DNA of 42,298 nt, taken from assembly GCA_030539155.1 (NCBI GenBank), contig JAUNSP010000003.1, positions 1-42,298 of the forward strand, read 5' to 3'. Below are positions 1 through 9,342 of this stretch, piece after piece. Both the position numbers and the translations under genes were made by a program. Each line of letters opens with the position of its first letter. Within the stretch, counting starts at the first letter, position 1. This DNA is from Clostridia bacterium. GTDB taxonomy: Bacteria > Bacillota > Clostridia > TANB77 > CAG-508. Under the pieces are notes generated by a model, which made no database searches, was not told the DNA's origin, and was given only the letters and a program-made list of their open reading frames with translations.

Positions 1-126
1 TAATAAAAAAATATATAAACTCCAAGCAAGATGTGGCGGATTAATACATATATAGATGATTTCTCACATTTTAGACATAAAAAACATTAACCTGTAACAA
101 AATTTTTTATTTTTTCAAAAAAACTA

Positions 127-155
127 TTGACATATGCTAAAAAAGATTGTATAAT
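127..155 (+). promoter_or_regulatory. Consensus sigma-A type promoter for the tRNA pair
   Basis: TTGACA at 127-132, a 17-bp spacer, then TATAAT at 150-155. It lies about 20 nt upstream of the first tRNA. Confidence 0.7.
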
Positions 156-175
156 GTGTTTTGTAAGTGAGTAAT

Positions 176-252
176 GCACCCTTAGCTCAGTTGGTCAGAG
201 CAACCGGCTCATAACCGGTGGGTCCAAGGTTCAAATCCTTGAGGGTGCACCA
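176..252 (+). tRNA. tRNA with CAU anticodon, most likely tRNA-Ile2 (lysidine-modified); elongator tRNA-Met is the alternative
   Basis: 77-nt cloverleaf folded by eye: acceptor GCACCCT/AGGGTGC, D arm GCTC..GAGC, anticodon stem ACCGG/CCGGT with loop CTCATAA, T arm CAAGG-TTCAAAT-CCTTG, and an encoded CCA. G1-C72 is paired and the anticodon stem has no GGG/CCC, so it is not an initiator. C4-G69 and C5-G68, plus overall resemblance to remembered Bacillus and E. coli tRNA-Ile2, favour Ile2. Confidence 0.9.
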
Positions 253-288
253 TTTTTTTTTACAAAAAAGTTTTTACTCTACATACAC

Positions 289-374
289 GGGTAGGTGGCC
301 GAGTGGCTAAAGGCGGCAGACTGTAAATCTGTTCTCGTAAGGGTACGATGGTTCGAATCCATCCCTGCCCACCA
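289..374 (+). tRNA. tRNA-Tyr (GUA), class II with long variable arm
   Basis: 86 nt: acceptor GGGTAGG/CCTGCCC, anticodon stem GCAGA/TCTGT with loop CTGTAAA (anticodon GTA), long variable arm, T arm GATGG-TTCGAAT-CCATC, and an encoded CCA. Confidence 0.93.
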
Positions 375-413
375 AAATGTAAAATCGTCGCACCAATGTG
401 ACGTTGTTGATTA

Positions 414-440
414 AATCAATCTGAAAAGGTTGATTTTTTC
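414..440 (+). terminator. Rho-independent terminator after the tRNA pair
   Basis: 8-bp stem AATCAATC/GGTTGATT (including one G-U pair) with loop TGAAAA, followed by TTTT at 436-439. Confidence 0.65.
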
Positions 441-471
441 GTGCCGTGCGTTATTGCAAAAAGAGTAGATA

Positions 472-498
472 AAGACAATGCCAATTAAGCATTGTCTT
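472..498 (-). terminator. Hairpin downstream of the IMPase-family gene (possible terminator)
   Basis: 10-bp perfect stem AAGACAATGC/GCATTGTCTT with a 7-nt loop, about 50 nt past the minus-strand stop at 546. The U-tract on the minus strand is interrupted (TTATCTACTCTTTTT). Confidence 0.4.
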
Positions 499-545
499 AT
501 GAACATCAATTTATGTTTTACTTTATAAATTTTTCTATAGATAAA

Positions 546-1289
546 TTATTTATGTATAACTTCTACTTTTTCATTTTCATTATATGAAGCATTTTCTTTT
601 AATAATTCTAAAAATTCCTTGCTATTTGCAGCAATATGAGAACCATTAGAATTATATATTACGCCACCTGCTTTTTCAACTATAAATTGACCAGGGACAT
701 AATCCCAATATGAATCTTGGGTGAAAATTGTCCCACTTAGTCTTCCACTTGCTACCCAAACAAAATTTAGACAAGTACAATAAAAATCACGACATTGTTT
801 ATTAATTTGTTTCATTTTAGCTTGACCTGGCAGTCTATTTGGCCCTTCTATTGTATATACACCTTTTGTTAAACTACAATTATTAATTTGAATTTTTTTA
901 TTATTCAAGAATGCGCCATTTTCATCAGCATAATATAATTCATTTAATCTTGGTAAATAGATAACTGATGCACACGTTTTACTATTTTTTATGCATGCAA
1001 CTTGAATACCCCATAGAGGGATATTATGTGCAAAATTAATTGTGCCATCGATGGGATCAATCGTAAAACAATTATCTGATAATTCGTTATGACTATTATA
1101 TTCTTCACTAACAATTTTAAAATCCGGATATTTTTCCTTTATTCTTTCAATAATATATTTTTCAACCTCAAAATCAAAATTTGTTACTAAATCGCCATCC
1201 TCACCCTTTGCTTTTACTTCAAAATCTTCATTAATTAACAAACTTGCATTTTTCACAACATCAATTAAAAATTCTAATTCTTTAATCAT
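546..1289 (-). CDS. Inositol monophosphatase family protein (SuhB/IMPase-like)
   Basis: Family motifs are present: SEE, DPIDGTINF, and the C-terminal WDYVPGQFIVEKAGG (WD..AG..AGG pattern). Confidence 0.8.
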   Translation of the reverse strand: MIKELEFLIDVVKNASLLINEDFEVKAKGEDGDLVTNFDFEVEKYIIERIKEKYPDFKIVSEEYNSHNELSDNCFTIDPIDGTINFAHNIPLWGIQVACIKNSKTCASVIYLPRLNELYYADENGAFLNNKKIQINNCSLTKGVYTIEGPNRLPGQAKMKQINKQCRDFYCTCLNFVWVASGRLSGTIFTQDSYWDYVPGQFIVEKAGGVIYNSNGSHIAANSKEFLELLKENASYNENEKVEVIHK

Positions 1290-1368
1290 ATTTTCCTCCT
1301 TATATTATATTTCAATTCATTAAATAATGGTAATGTTTTCACTATTATATAAACAGCATTTCGCCTTT

Positions 1369-2619
1369 TTATTCTTCTGATATATTTTGAATTGCTTTCA
1401 ATACCCCTATCTTTCCATATTGATAGGTTAAGGCTCCTTGCATAAATGCTATAAATGGCGGTCTTATTGGTGCATCACAGGATAATTCAATAGATGAACC
1501 TTGTGTAAACGTACCCGCAGCCATTATCACCTGATTTGTATATCCGGGCATATCCCACGGTTCAGGAATAGATTTAGAGTCTATTGGAGATGCCTTTTGG
1601 ATTCCTTGACAATATTTTATTAACTTCTCCCTTTCCCCAAATTCTATTAATTGCACAATATCTGCTCTCTCCTCGCTATATTTAGGACTAACTTTATAAC
1701 CTAAATTTTCAAGTATATAACTTGCTAATGTCGCCGTTTTTAAACTATTTAATACAACATTAGGTGCATAAAATATTCCCTGCAAAATACTTTTATTTAT
1801 TCCTAAACTTGGACCAACTTCTTTGCCTAGTCCTGGTGCAGTTAATCTTTCTGCAACTAATTCAATTAACTTTTTTTTACCAACAACATATGCACCGTTA
1901 GGTGCTATTCCCCCTCCAGCGTTTTTTATAAGTGACCCTACTGCAATATCTGCCCCCAATTCTATTGGTTCCTTTTTTGTGACAAACTCACAATAACAAT
2001 TATCCACCATTATTATAACATTCTCATTTATATTTTTTATAAACCTTATCACCTTTTCAAGTTTGTATATATCTATACTTTTTCTTAACTCATATCCTCT
2101 CGAACGTTGAATTGCAATAACCTTTATTTTTTTATTATTTAATACTTCTTCTATTTTTTTATAATCGAAATCATCATTTAATAAATCTACCTGTTCATAT
2201 TCTATCCCAAAAGAATTTAACGAACTAGAGTTTTCTTTTATTCCAATTACTTCATCCAACGTATCATATGGTTTACCGTTAATACTAAGAAGAAAATCTC
2301 CTGGCCTTAATAATCCAAATAAAGTAACCGTTAATGCATGCGTTCCTGAAATAAACTGATTTCTAACTAATGCATCCTCTGCTTTAAATACCTGCGCAAA
2401 TACTTTTTCTATTGTATCCCTTCCAATATCTCCATATCCATACCCTGTAGTACTATTAAAATGTATATCCGAAATATTATTATTTTGGAATGCCTCTAAA
2501 ACCTTAAGACTATTATACTCGCAAATATTTTCCATATTTTGAAATATCTGTGTTAGTTCCAATTCTGCTTTTTGTGACAATTCTATTAATTTATCTTCTA
2601 TTCCAAATTTCTTATACAT
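1369..2619 (-). CDS. YnbB-like PLP-dependent enzyme (aluminium-resistance / methionine gamma-lyase family)
   Basis: STTGYGYGDIGRDTIEKVF and ALVRNQFISGTHA closely match remembered B. subtilis YnbB. I trimmed the start to the ATG at 2619 (MYKKFGIEDK), which is preceded by GAGGGGAG. The 40-codon extension in the track is hydrophobic junk with no RBS. Confidence 0.8.
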   Translation of the reverse strand: MYKKFGIEDKLIELSQKAELELTQIFQNMENICEYNSLKVLEAFQNNNISDIHFNSTTGYGYGDIGRDTIEKVFAQVFKAEDALVRNQFISGTHALTVTLFGLLRPGDFLLSINGKPYDTLDEVIGIKENSSSLNSFGIEYEQVDLLNDDFDYKKIEEVLNNKKIKVIAIQRSRGYELRKSIDIYKLEKVIRFIKNINENVIIMVDNCYCEFVTKKEPIELGADIAVGSLIKNAGGGIAPNGAYVVGKKKLIELVAERLTAPGLGKEVGPSLGINKSILQGIFYAPNVVLNSLKTATLASYILENLGYKVSPKYSEERADIVQLIEFGEREKLIKYCQGIQKASPIDSKSIPEPWDMPGYTNQVIMAAGTFTQGSSIELSCDAPIRPPFIAFMQGALTYQYGKIGVLKAIQNISEE

Positions 2620-2690
2620 ATCGTTTCTCCCCTCAAAATAAAAAATTACAAACTTTTTTAAAAATAACACATACAAATATATATTAAAAT

Positions 2691-2720
2691 TACACAAAAA
2701 TTTCACCAAATTTTTGTGTA
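2691..2720 (-). terminator. Perfect 13-bp hairpin downstream of the WG-repeat gene
   Basis: TACACAAAAATTT-CACC-AAATTTTTGTGTA. On the minus strand it is followed by ATTTTAAT. It lies between the WG-repeat gene stop (2783) and the YnbB-like start (2619). Confidence 0.55.
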
Positions 2721-2775
2721 CGGACAAATATGCGGACAAATATTAAAAACTTTTAGATTATTAATTCTTGTCCGC
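2721..2775. repeat. Tandem direct repeat CGGACAAATAT x2 plus an inverted partner TTGTCCGC
   Basis: CGGACAAATAT occurs at 2721-2731 and 2733-2743. The inverted copy CTTGTCCGC is at 2767-2775, and GCGGACAA at 2732-2739 can pair with 2768-2775. Confidence 0.6.
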
Positions 2776-2782
2776 TTTGTTC

Positions 2783-4522
2783 CTATTTAACTTCTATTGT
2801 ACTAGTATAATAAGGTTGCCCATATCCATAATAAACTTTATAATATTTACCAATGAATTCTGGCTCCAATGTATTTAACTCATATACTGGTTCTACTACT
2901 ACTTTTCCATTTTTATCTATTATTCCCCATTTGCCCATTAGCTTTATTCCTGCATATCCATACTCATTCAGCTCTGTTACCATATCATACTTGCATTCCA
3001 CCACTGTTGTTTTACCATCCGAAAAACCCCATTTTCCATCTTGATTAATAGCATATAAAGGATTTTTTGAGAATAAATCCGAACTATTTATCTCAATTCC
3101 TTGCAATGAAAAATATTTAGCCTGTGTATCTGAATATATTTTTATATATTCCTCTTCTTCATAAGTATATGCATCCTTCATGTTAGCCACTAATTCCATA
3201 TTTGAATTGTAGAGATCTATATATCCCTCTTGTGTTGATACAGCTTTTATAAGGTCTCCATTTTCAAACTTTTCTATTATATCATACTTTATATCAACTA
3301 TTGATTTTCCCTCTTTATTTATTACGCCTACTTTTGCATCTTTTGATACTATAAAATAATCTTCGAAAGCATATTGTATAAAGTCATAATTATTTGCAAT
3401 TACCTGCTTCCATTCTTGATCCATAACTCCATATAAATTATTACTATCTAATGTAATAAAATATTTCTTATCCTCAGTTTCAAGCAAACTAATATATCGA
3501 GGGTCCTTTACTAACTCTCCACTTTGTTCAAATAATAGTATCTCTCCATCCTTTTGAGCATTTATGTATATTCCTGAAAAGTTTATATCCTCATATTCTA
3601 TTTGTAAAATAGTCTTCCCCTTTGGATTAACTACCCCCACCTTTTTATTTTTTTCTATTGAATATACATTATTTATATAATTATATTCAATGGTATCATA
3701 TTCAAAAGGAATTACTACTTTCTTATTTTTAATCAAACCCTCTTTTGCATTCTTGCTTGCAATAATATAAATATTTTTTTCGTCAACTGCATCTGTAACT
3801 CTGCTTAATTCACTATACTCAACTTCTAACACTACTTTTCCGTTTTTATCCATATACCCATATCTATAACCTTCATCCGTCTTTTTACTCACAATAAAAC
3901 CTGCTTTTTTATAATTCGATTTATTATTATAATATTTATCGGCGGTTATGCTTGAATACTCTGTGGAAATTATCTGTTTTCCATTAGCTTTTATTACTCC
4001 ATATTTTGAATCTTCTACAACTAATAACTCTTCATCTTTATATTCTAAATTTGTTATTAAATCATACTTACTTTCTGTTAATTTTTTTCCTTTTAAATCA
4101 ATAATTCCATATTTACCATTTTCCTTATATTTTAAAATTGATGTTTTATATAAATATGGTGTTGTCATATCTTTCACCTCTATGGCAGCTACTTGTTCAT
4201 ATTGCTTTAAAATTTCCTCTGCATTTTCATTTAACACCTTTGAATTATATTCGGCTGTTTCGGGATTGTACTCATCTAGACATATAAAAACTCCCTGTGA
4301 TGGATTTGGAATTTGTATTGCATCATACTCTGGATTTATTATTATATTTCCATTCCTATCTATTACACCGTATTTTTCTTTCTCATTTATAATAAAATAA
4401 TTTTCCTCTATTTTCTCTTTTTTATACCCACCGTTCTTCTTATTTATATACATTACTGTCATAATTATAGCAATTAATACTATTACTATCAATACCGTTA
4501 ATCTCAATTTCTTTTTCATCAT
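2783..4522 (-). CDS. WG-repeat (KWG-type) protein with an N-terminal membrane anchor
   Basis: A hydrophobic N-terminus (LRLTVLIVIVLIAIIMTVMYI) is followed by many repeats of the pattern KYG(V/I)ID.NGK.(V/I)(I/V).(P/T)EYD. This is typical of WG-containing beta-repeat proteins. Confidence 0.7.
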   Translation of the reverse strand: MMKKKLRLTVLIVIVLIAIIMTVMYINKKNGGYKKEKIEENYFIINEKEKYGVIDRNGNIIINPEYDAIQIPNPSQGVFICLDEYNPETAEYNSKVLNENAEEILKQYEQVAAIEVKDMTTPYLYKTSILKYKENGKYGIIDLKGKKLTESKYDLITNLEYKDEELLVVEDSKYGVIKANGKQIISTEYSSITADKYYNNKSNYKKAGFIVSKKTDEGYRYGYMDKNGKVVLEVEYSELSRVTDAVDEKNIYIIASKNAKEGLIKNKKVVIPFEYDTIEYNYINNVYSIEKNKKVGVVNPKGKTILQIEYEDINFSGIYINAQKDGEILLFEQSGELVKDPRYISLLETEDKKYFITLDSNNLYGVMDQEWKQVIANNYDFIQYAFEDYFIVSKDAKVGVINKEGKSIVDIKYDIIEKFENGDLIKAVSTQEGYIDLYNSNMELVANMKDAYTYEEEEYIKIYSDTQAKYFSLQGIEINSSDLFSKNPLYAINQDGKWGFSDGKTTVVECKYDMVTELNEYGYAGIKLMGKWGIIDKNGKVVVEPVYELNTLEPEFIGKYYKVYYGYGQPYYTSTIEVK

Positions 4523-4543
4523 CTTTTTCCTTTCATTTTTTAT

Positions 4544-5857
4544 CTAATCATCTTTGTTACTTATTATTTGTTCATTATTTTTGCACGCTTTTACCCAAAC
4601 AATTCTCTTGTCTTCATAGTCCTCAATTTTATATGTTACCTTCTCTGTTTCTATTATTGGTTTTTCTTCGTCCCTTGGAACTCTACCTAATTTTTCAAGT
4701 AAATATCCTGATAATGTATCATAGTCTCCATCGGGAATTGAAATATTTAAAATTTTCTTTATGTCATACATATTAGCACTTCCACTTATTAAATACGTAT
4801 TTTCATCTATTTTTTCATATTCATTTTGAACTTCATCATACTCATCAAAAATATTACCTACAATTTCCTCTAATAAGTCTTCCATTGTAACTAATCCAGC
4901 TGTTCCACCATACTCATCTATTACTATAGCCATCTGTTTTTTATTTTTTTGAAGTTCCCTAAATAATTCATTTATTGGTTTATTTTCAGCAACAAAATAT
5001 GCATCTTTCATAATTTTCTTTATATTGACATCTTTTCCTTCACTTAGAGCCTTCAACGTATCTTTTACAAATAGTATTCCTCTTATTTCATCTATAGTTT
5101 TCTCATATACGGGTATTCTACTGTATTTATATTCATCTAATTCCCTTAAAACTTCATTGAAATCTGAATTTATATCTATTGCAAATATATCTGTTCTATG
5201 GATCATAACCTCTGATGTAACTGTATCGTTAAACTCAAAGATATTGTTTATCATTTCCTTTTCTTCTAAATCGATTGTTCCTTTTTCCTCACCTTCATCC
5301 ACCATCATCTTTATTTCTTCTTCGGTGACCGTTGTCTCATCCTCTTCTGTTACCCCGAAAATCTTTGAAACAACATTTGTAGAAATGGTAAGTAATTTCA
5401 CAAACGGCGCAGATATAACTGCAATTCCTCTTATTACACCTATTGTTCGATATGCAATTTTCTCATAATTTTTCATGGCAATTCTCTTTGGCACAAGCTC
5501 TCCTATTACCAATGTAAAATAAGATAATATCACCGTTATTACTAATATTGATATTGTTTTCCATAAAGGTAACCCTATTGGCATTAGATTATTTAAGATT
5601 GGCGCTAAATTATCAGCAAATGCTTCTGATGCAAATGCACTCGATAAGAATCCTGCAAGTGTTATCCCTATCTGTATAGTTGCTAAAAACTTGCTTGGAT
5701 TTTTTAACATCTTTACTATTTGTTTTGATTTTTTATCTCCTTCCTTTGCTTTTTTCTCTACCTTTGCATCATTTAGTGATATAAATGCTATTTCTGATGC
5801 AGCAAAATATGCATTCATTAAAATTAATATTAATAGAATTAATAATTGCGAAACCAT
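4544..5857 (-). CDS. Hemolysin-family / CNNM transporter (DUF21 TM domain, CBS pair, CorC_HlyC domain)
   Basis: N-terminal [10 protein letters not shown] with four TM segments, a central region of the type HRTDI..IPVY, and a C-terminal transporter-associated domain. The ATG at 5857 has a purine-rich RBS. Confidence 0.8.
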   Translation of the reverse strand: MVSQLLILLILILMNAYFAASEIAFISLNDAKVEKKAKEGDKKSKQIVKMLKNPSKFLATIQIGITLAGFLSSAFASEAFADNLAPILNNLMPIGLPLWKTISILVITVILSYFTLVIGELVPKRIAMKNYEKIAYRTIGVIRGIAVISAPFVKLLTISTNVVSKIFGVTEEDETTVTEEEIKMMVDEGEEKGTIDLEEKEMINNIFEFNDTVTSEVMIHRTDIFAIDINSDFNEVLRELDEYKYSRIPVYEKTIDEIRGILFVKDTLKALSEGKDVNIKKIMKDAYFVAENKPINELFRELQKNKKQMAIVIDEYGGTAGLVTMEDLLEEIVGNIFDEYDEVQNEYEKIDENTYLISGSANMYDIKKILNISIPDGDYDTLSGYLLEKLGRVPRDEEKPIIETEKVTYKIEDYEDKRIVWVKACKNNEQIISNKDD

Positions 5858-5930
5858 TATTATATTTCACTCTTCCTCTCATTTAATTAAAATATAAATT
5901 TTTTATATATTTACTTTTTTTTACTTGTTT

Positions 5931-5959
5931 ATTATATATTTTTTTTAATAATATGTCAA
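5931..5959 (-). promoter_or_regulatory. Consensus promoter for the CNNM/TlyC-type gene
   Basis: On the minus strand: TTGACA (plus coordinates 5954-5959), a 17-bp spacer, then TATAAT (5931-5936). Confidence 0.6.
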
Positions 5960-5987
5960 TATATTTTTAAAAAAATTATATAAAAGG

Positions 5988-6016
5988 TTGACTTTTTATG
6001 TTTATTATGTTATAAT
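5988..6016 (+). promoter_or_regulatory. Consensus extended -10 promoter for the 147-aa plus-strand gene
   Basis: TTGACT at 5988-5993, a 17-bp spacer, then TGtTATAAT with TG at 6008-6009 and TATAAT at 6011-6016. Confidence 0.65.
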
Positions 6017-6071
6017 TAAGTGTGTGCGAAACTAAGAATATAGTTTTTATAGTAAAAGGAGGGACTGAAAG

Positions 6072-6515
6072 TTGAATAACTTTTATAACCAATCACTTAT
6101 TAATGAATTTGCTAATAAGTACAAATTTAATATTTCTCATTTTGATAAGCTATTAAGTTTAATCAAGAGAAGTAAATTAGAAGAAGCACTAGGTGAATCA
6201 CTAGATTTGTATTATCGCATGAACAAAGATGCTATGAGGAAATCATTTTCGGAGATTATTAAAACTCTTATCCTAAATCGTTATGTTGAAAAGTTTTTCT
6301 GTAAGGGTAACAGTTTCAAGAATCAAGATAAAATACTTCGTATGTATAATAATGCTGTTTCATGTTTCTTTGAGAATAGTGCTGAATGTGTAAGACTTCT
6401 AAATTGTGTAATTCAGGAAACCAAAAAAAATGTTGAATTTACACGAAAAATAAAAAAATTAATTGGTCTTCAATCAAAAATTGAAGAACCACAAAAACTT
6501 CAATTAACATCCTAG
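6072..6515 (+). CDS. Hypothetical protein, 147 aa, no family recognised
   Basis: Clean ORF with a TTG start 10 nt after AGGAGG, its own consensus promoter and a downstream terminator. It is predicted helical by eye and has four Cys residues. It is one of only two plus-strand genes in the window. Confidence 0.6.
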   Translation: MNNFYNQSLINEFANKYKFNISHFDKLLSLIKRSKLEEALGESLDLYYRMNKDAMRKSFSEIIKTLILNRYVEKFFCKGNSFKNQDKILRMYNNAVSCFFENSAECVRLLNCVIQETKKNVEFTRKIKKLIGLQSKIEEPQKLQLTS

Positions 6516-6521
6516 TTATTT

Positions 6522-6556
6522 AAAAAAGGGGCAATTTAAAAAAATTGCCTCTTTTT
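6522..6556. terminator. Bidirectional intrinsic terminator between convergent genes
   Basis: A-run at 6522-6527, stem GGGGCAATT/AATTGCCTC (6528-6536 and 6543-6551), T-run at 6552-6556. It sits between the stop of the plus-strand gene (6515) and the stop of rpiA (6628). Confidence 0.7.
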
Positions 6557-6627
6557 ATATAATGAGAAAGTCTTTCTTCCCTATTAATATAAAAAGGGCT
6601 ATGCTCTAAACTAATTTGGTTTTATCC

Positions 6628-7284
6628 TTAAGTCAATATATTAACATTATAATTAATAAATAATCCTGTTTCAATTACACCCACAATTTTTTTCAACTCT
6701 TTTTCCAAATTTTCGGTAATCTCTTTAAACTTAACATCTAAAATATAATTTCCATTATCAGTTGATATGATTTTCGTATCTTTTTCTCTCAATGTAACTT
6801 CTTTTATATTAAATTTTTCCAATTCTCTTTTTACGTAATTAACTGCGGCTGGAAAAACCTCAATCGGTACAGATTCCTTTTCACCTAAAACACGTACCTT
6901 TTTGGAATCATCCACTAAAACATAAATTTCTTCACAATTCACAAAGTTTATTTTTTCCCTAAACATCGCAGCACCCTTACCTTTTATTAACCAATTATTA
7001 GGGTCTACTTCATCAGCCCCATCAAAGCACCAATCCAACTTCTCTTCTGTTAATGTTGTAAGTGGTATTTTAAGTTTTTTACATAATCCTTCTATCTCAA
7101 TAGATGTTGGAACCGCCTTAATTTTTATACCTCTTTTTTCAATCTCCTTTGCGATTTCTATTACAGTTAAGTACGATGTAGATCCTGAACCAAATCCAAT
7201 TACATCACCGTCTTTCACTCTTTTAGACATTCTTCTTGCTAAATCTATTTTTTTATCTCTATTTTTTATGGTATCTAAATTCAT
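6628..7284 (-). CDS. rpiA: Ribose-5-phosphate isomerase A
   Basis: Motifs GFGSGST, DGADEVD and KGKGAAMFREK are present, and the length of about 218 aa fits. Confidence 0.85.
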   Translation of the reverse strand: MNLDTIKNRDKKIDLARRMSKRVKDGDVIGFGSGSTSYLTVIEIAKEIEKRGIKIKAVPTSIEIEGLCKKLKIPLTTLTEEKLDWCFDGADEVDPNNWLIKGKGAAMFREKINFVNCEEIYVLVDDSKKVRVLGEKESVPIEVFPAAVNYVKRELEKFNIKEVTLREKDTKIISTDNGNYILDVKFKEITENLEKELKKIVGVIETGLFINYNVNILT

Positions 7285-7307
7285 ATCTTCTCCTTTTATA
7301 TTAGAAA

Positions 7308-7350
7308 GTTAGAAATTAGAAGGAAATCTCTTTCTTTCTAATATTCTAAC
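7308..7350 (-). terminator. Long hairpin between ftsH and rpiA (terminator or leader structure)
   Basis: GTTAGAA+ATTAGAA (7308-7321) pairs with TTCTAAT+TTCTAAC (7336-7350) with a one-nt bulge, and inner pairs reach a TCTC loop. On the minus strand it is followed by TTTCTAAT and then the rpiA RBS. Confidence 0.5.
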
Positions 7351-7395
7351 TCTCGATCTTTAATATTCAATTATACAATTTATATAAATTTATGG

Positions 7396-9195
7396 TTAAC
7401 TGTCAAATATCTCTTCAAATTCATCACCATCTATTTTTTCCTTTTCAAGTAATACCTTGGCAACTGAGTGAAGTTTGTCAATATTTTCAGTTAATATTTG
7501 AGCTGCTGCATTAAACGCCCTGTCAATAATAATTTTTACTTCTTTATCTATAATTGATGCCGTCTCCTCAGAATATTCTTTACCATTTGCAAAATCTCTT
7601 CCTAGGAAAACTTCTTCTTGTCTTGTTCCTAACATTATTGTTCCTATTTTCTCACTCATACCATATTTCGTGACCATATCTTTTGCAATCTTTGTTGCCC
7701 TCTCAATATCATTACTTGCTCCCGTTGAAATATCATTTAAAATCAATTTTTCAGCAACTCTACCTCCTAATAGAGATACTATTGATTCTTCCATCTCTGA
7801 TTTTGACATAAAGGATTTATCTTCGGTAGGCCTATACATAGTATATCCACCTGCCATACCTCTAGGTATGATAGAAATCTGATGTACAGCGTCTTGTGTT
7901 GGCAAGTATTTGCTTACAACAGCATGCCCAGCCTCATGATAGGCTACTAATTTTTGTTCTTTCTCGCTTCTCACCCTCGTCCTTTTTTCTGGTCCCATTG
8001 TAACTTTTACCATCGCATCTTCTATTTCTTTCATTCCTATCTCTGAAAGATTCCTTCTTGCAGTAAGAAGAGCTGCCTCATTTAAAACATTTTCTAAATC
8101 TGCTCCTGAAAAACCTGCTGTATTCCTAGCAATTATTCCTAAGTCAACATCAATTGACAATTTCTTTTTTCTAGCATGAACCTCTAATATTTGTTCCCTT
8201 GCTCTAACGTCTGGACTTGACACTACTATTTGTCTATCAAATCTTCCTGGTCTTAAAAGCGCTTTATCTAATACATCGGGTCTATTTGTAGCAGCAAGAA
8301 CAATAACACCTTCATTGGTTCCAAATCCATCCATTTCAACAAGTAGCTGGTTTAAAGTTTGCTCTCTCTCATCATGTCCACCACCAAGGCCCGCTCCTCT
8401 TTGACGTCCAACAGCATCTATTTCATCTATAAAAATTATACATGGTGCTCTTTTTTTTGCCTCTTCAAACAAATCTCTTACACGAGATGCTCCTACACCA
8501 ACAAACATTTCAACAAAATCGGATCCACTTATTATGAAAAATGGTACCCCCGCTTCGCCAGCCACTGCTTTTGCAAGAAGTGTCTTTCCTGTTCCTGGAT
8601 GTCCTACAAGTAAAACACCTTTTGGTATTCTTGCTCCCATTTCAATATATTTTTTTGGATTTTTTAAAAATTCAACTATTTCTTGTAATTCCTCTTTTTC
8701 CTCGTCAACACCTGCAACATCTTTAAATGTAACTTTTGTTCTATCAGTAACATTTAACATCTTTGCCTTGCTCTTTCCAAAATTCATTGTTTTGTTTCCG
8801 CCTTGATTACTTGCCGTAAGTAAAAACCAAAATACAAAAAATAAAATTAGTAATCCAAATGGTGTTAACAAACTAAGTATTACAACTAAAATTGATTCTG
8901 ATTCTTCTGTTAAGATAATAGTTCCTGCCTTCATTTGTTCATCTATACTACTCATAAAACTCTCAATATTTGGTATATTAACGGTCCTCTGGAATGTTTC
9001 ATTTTTCAGTGTAATTGCTGCAGATTCTCCTCCTGAAGCTATTTTAACTTCTGATACTTCACCATTTTCTATTTTTTCCAATAACTCTGAATATGAAATT
9101 TTTGCAACACTATTTTGTATTATTGAACTAATAAGCACAACAAATATTAACCCTAATATTAACCACATAAATAACGTTTTTATTTTTCCCTTCAA
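7396..9195 (-). CDS. ftsH: ATP-dependent zinc metalloprotease FtsH
   Basis: Two N-terminal TM segments, Walker A GHPGTGKT, Walker B IIFIDEID, the SRH region, and the zinc motif HEAGHA. The TTG start is 8 nt after AAGGAGG. Confidence 0.95.
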   Translation of the reverse strand: MKGKIKTLFMWLILGLIFVVLISSIIQNSVAKISYSELLEKIENGEVSEVKIASGGESAAITLKNETFQRTVNIPNIESFMSSIDEQMKAGTIILTEESESILVVILSLLTPFGLLILFFVFWFLLTASNQGGNKTMNFGKSKAKMLNVTDRTKVTFKDVAGVDEEKEELQEIVEFLKNPKKYIEMGARIPKGVLLVGHPGTGKTLLAKAVAGEAGVPFFIISGSDFVEMFVGVGASRVRDLFEEAKKRAPCIIFIDEIDAVGRQRGAGLGGGHDEREQTLNQLLVEMDGFGTNEGVIVLAATNRPDVLDKALLRPGRFDRQIVVSSPDVRAREQILEVHARKKKLSIDVDLGIIARNTAGFSGADLENVLNEAALLTARRNLSEIGMKEIEDAMVKVTMGPEKRTRVRSEKEQKLVAYHEAGHAVVSKYLPTQDAVHQISIIPRGMAGGYTMYRPTEDKSFMSKSEMEESIVSLLGGRVAEKLILNDISTGASNDIERATKIAKDMVTKYGMSEKIGTIMLGTRQEEVFLGRDFANGKEYSEETASIIDKEVKIIIDRAFNAAAQILTENIDKLHSVAKVLLEKEKIDGDEFEEIFDS

Positions 9196-9308
9196 AACTT
9201 TTTCCTCCTTATCATTTTAGATATTAGGATTATTATTTTCAGTTAAAAATCCCTTTATATCCTTGTTATCTTTTTTATTTTTCTTTTATAATCATATACT
9301 ACAAATTA

Positions 9309-9337
9309 ACTATACCATATGTAAATATTTATTTCAA
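9309..9337 (-). promoter_or_regulatory. Promoter for ftsH
   Basis: On the minus strand: TTGAAA (9332-9337), a 17-bp spacer, then TATAGT (9309-9314). It lies immediately after the tilS stop. Confidence 0.5.
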
Positions 9338-9342
9338 GTATT

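Noticed and set aside
2620-2739. A 40-codon N-terminal extension of the YnbB-like ORF in the track.
   Set aside because: The extension is hydrophobic and non-conserved-looking and has no RBS. The internal ATG at 2619 has GAGGGGAG upstream and matches the family N-terminus.
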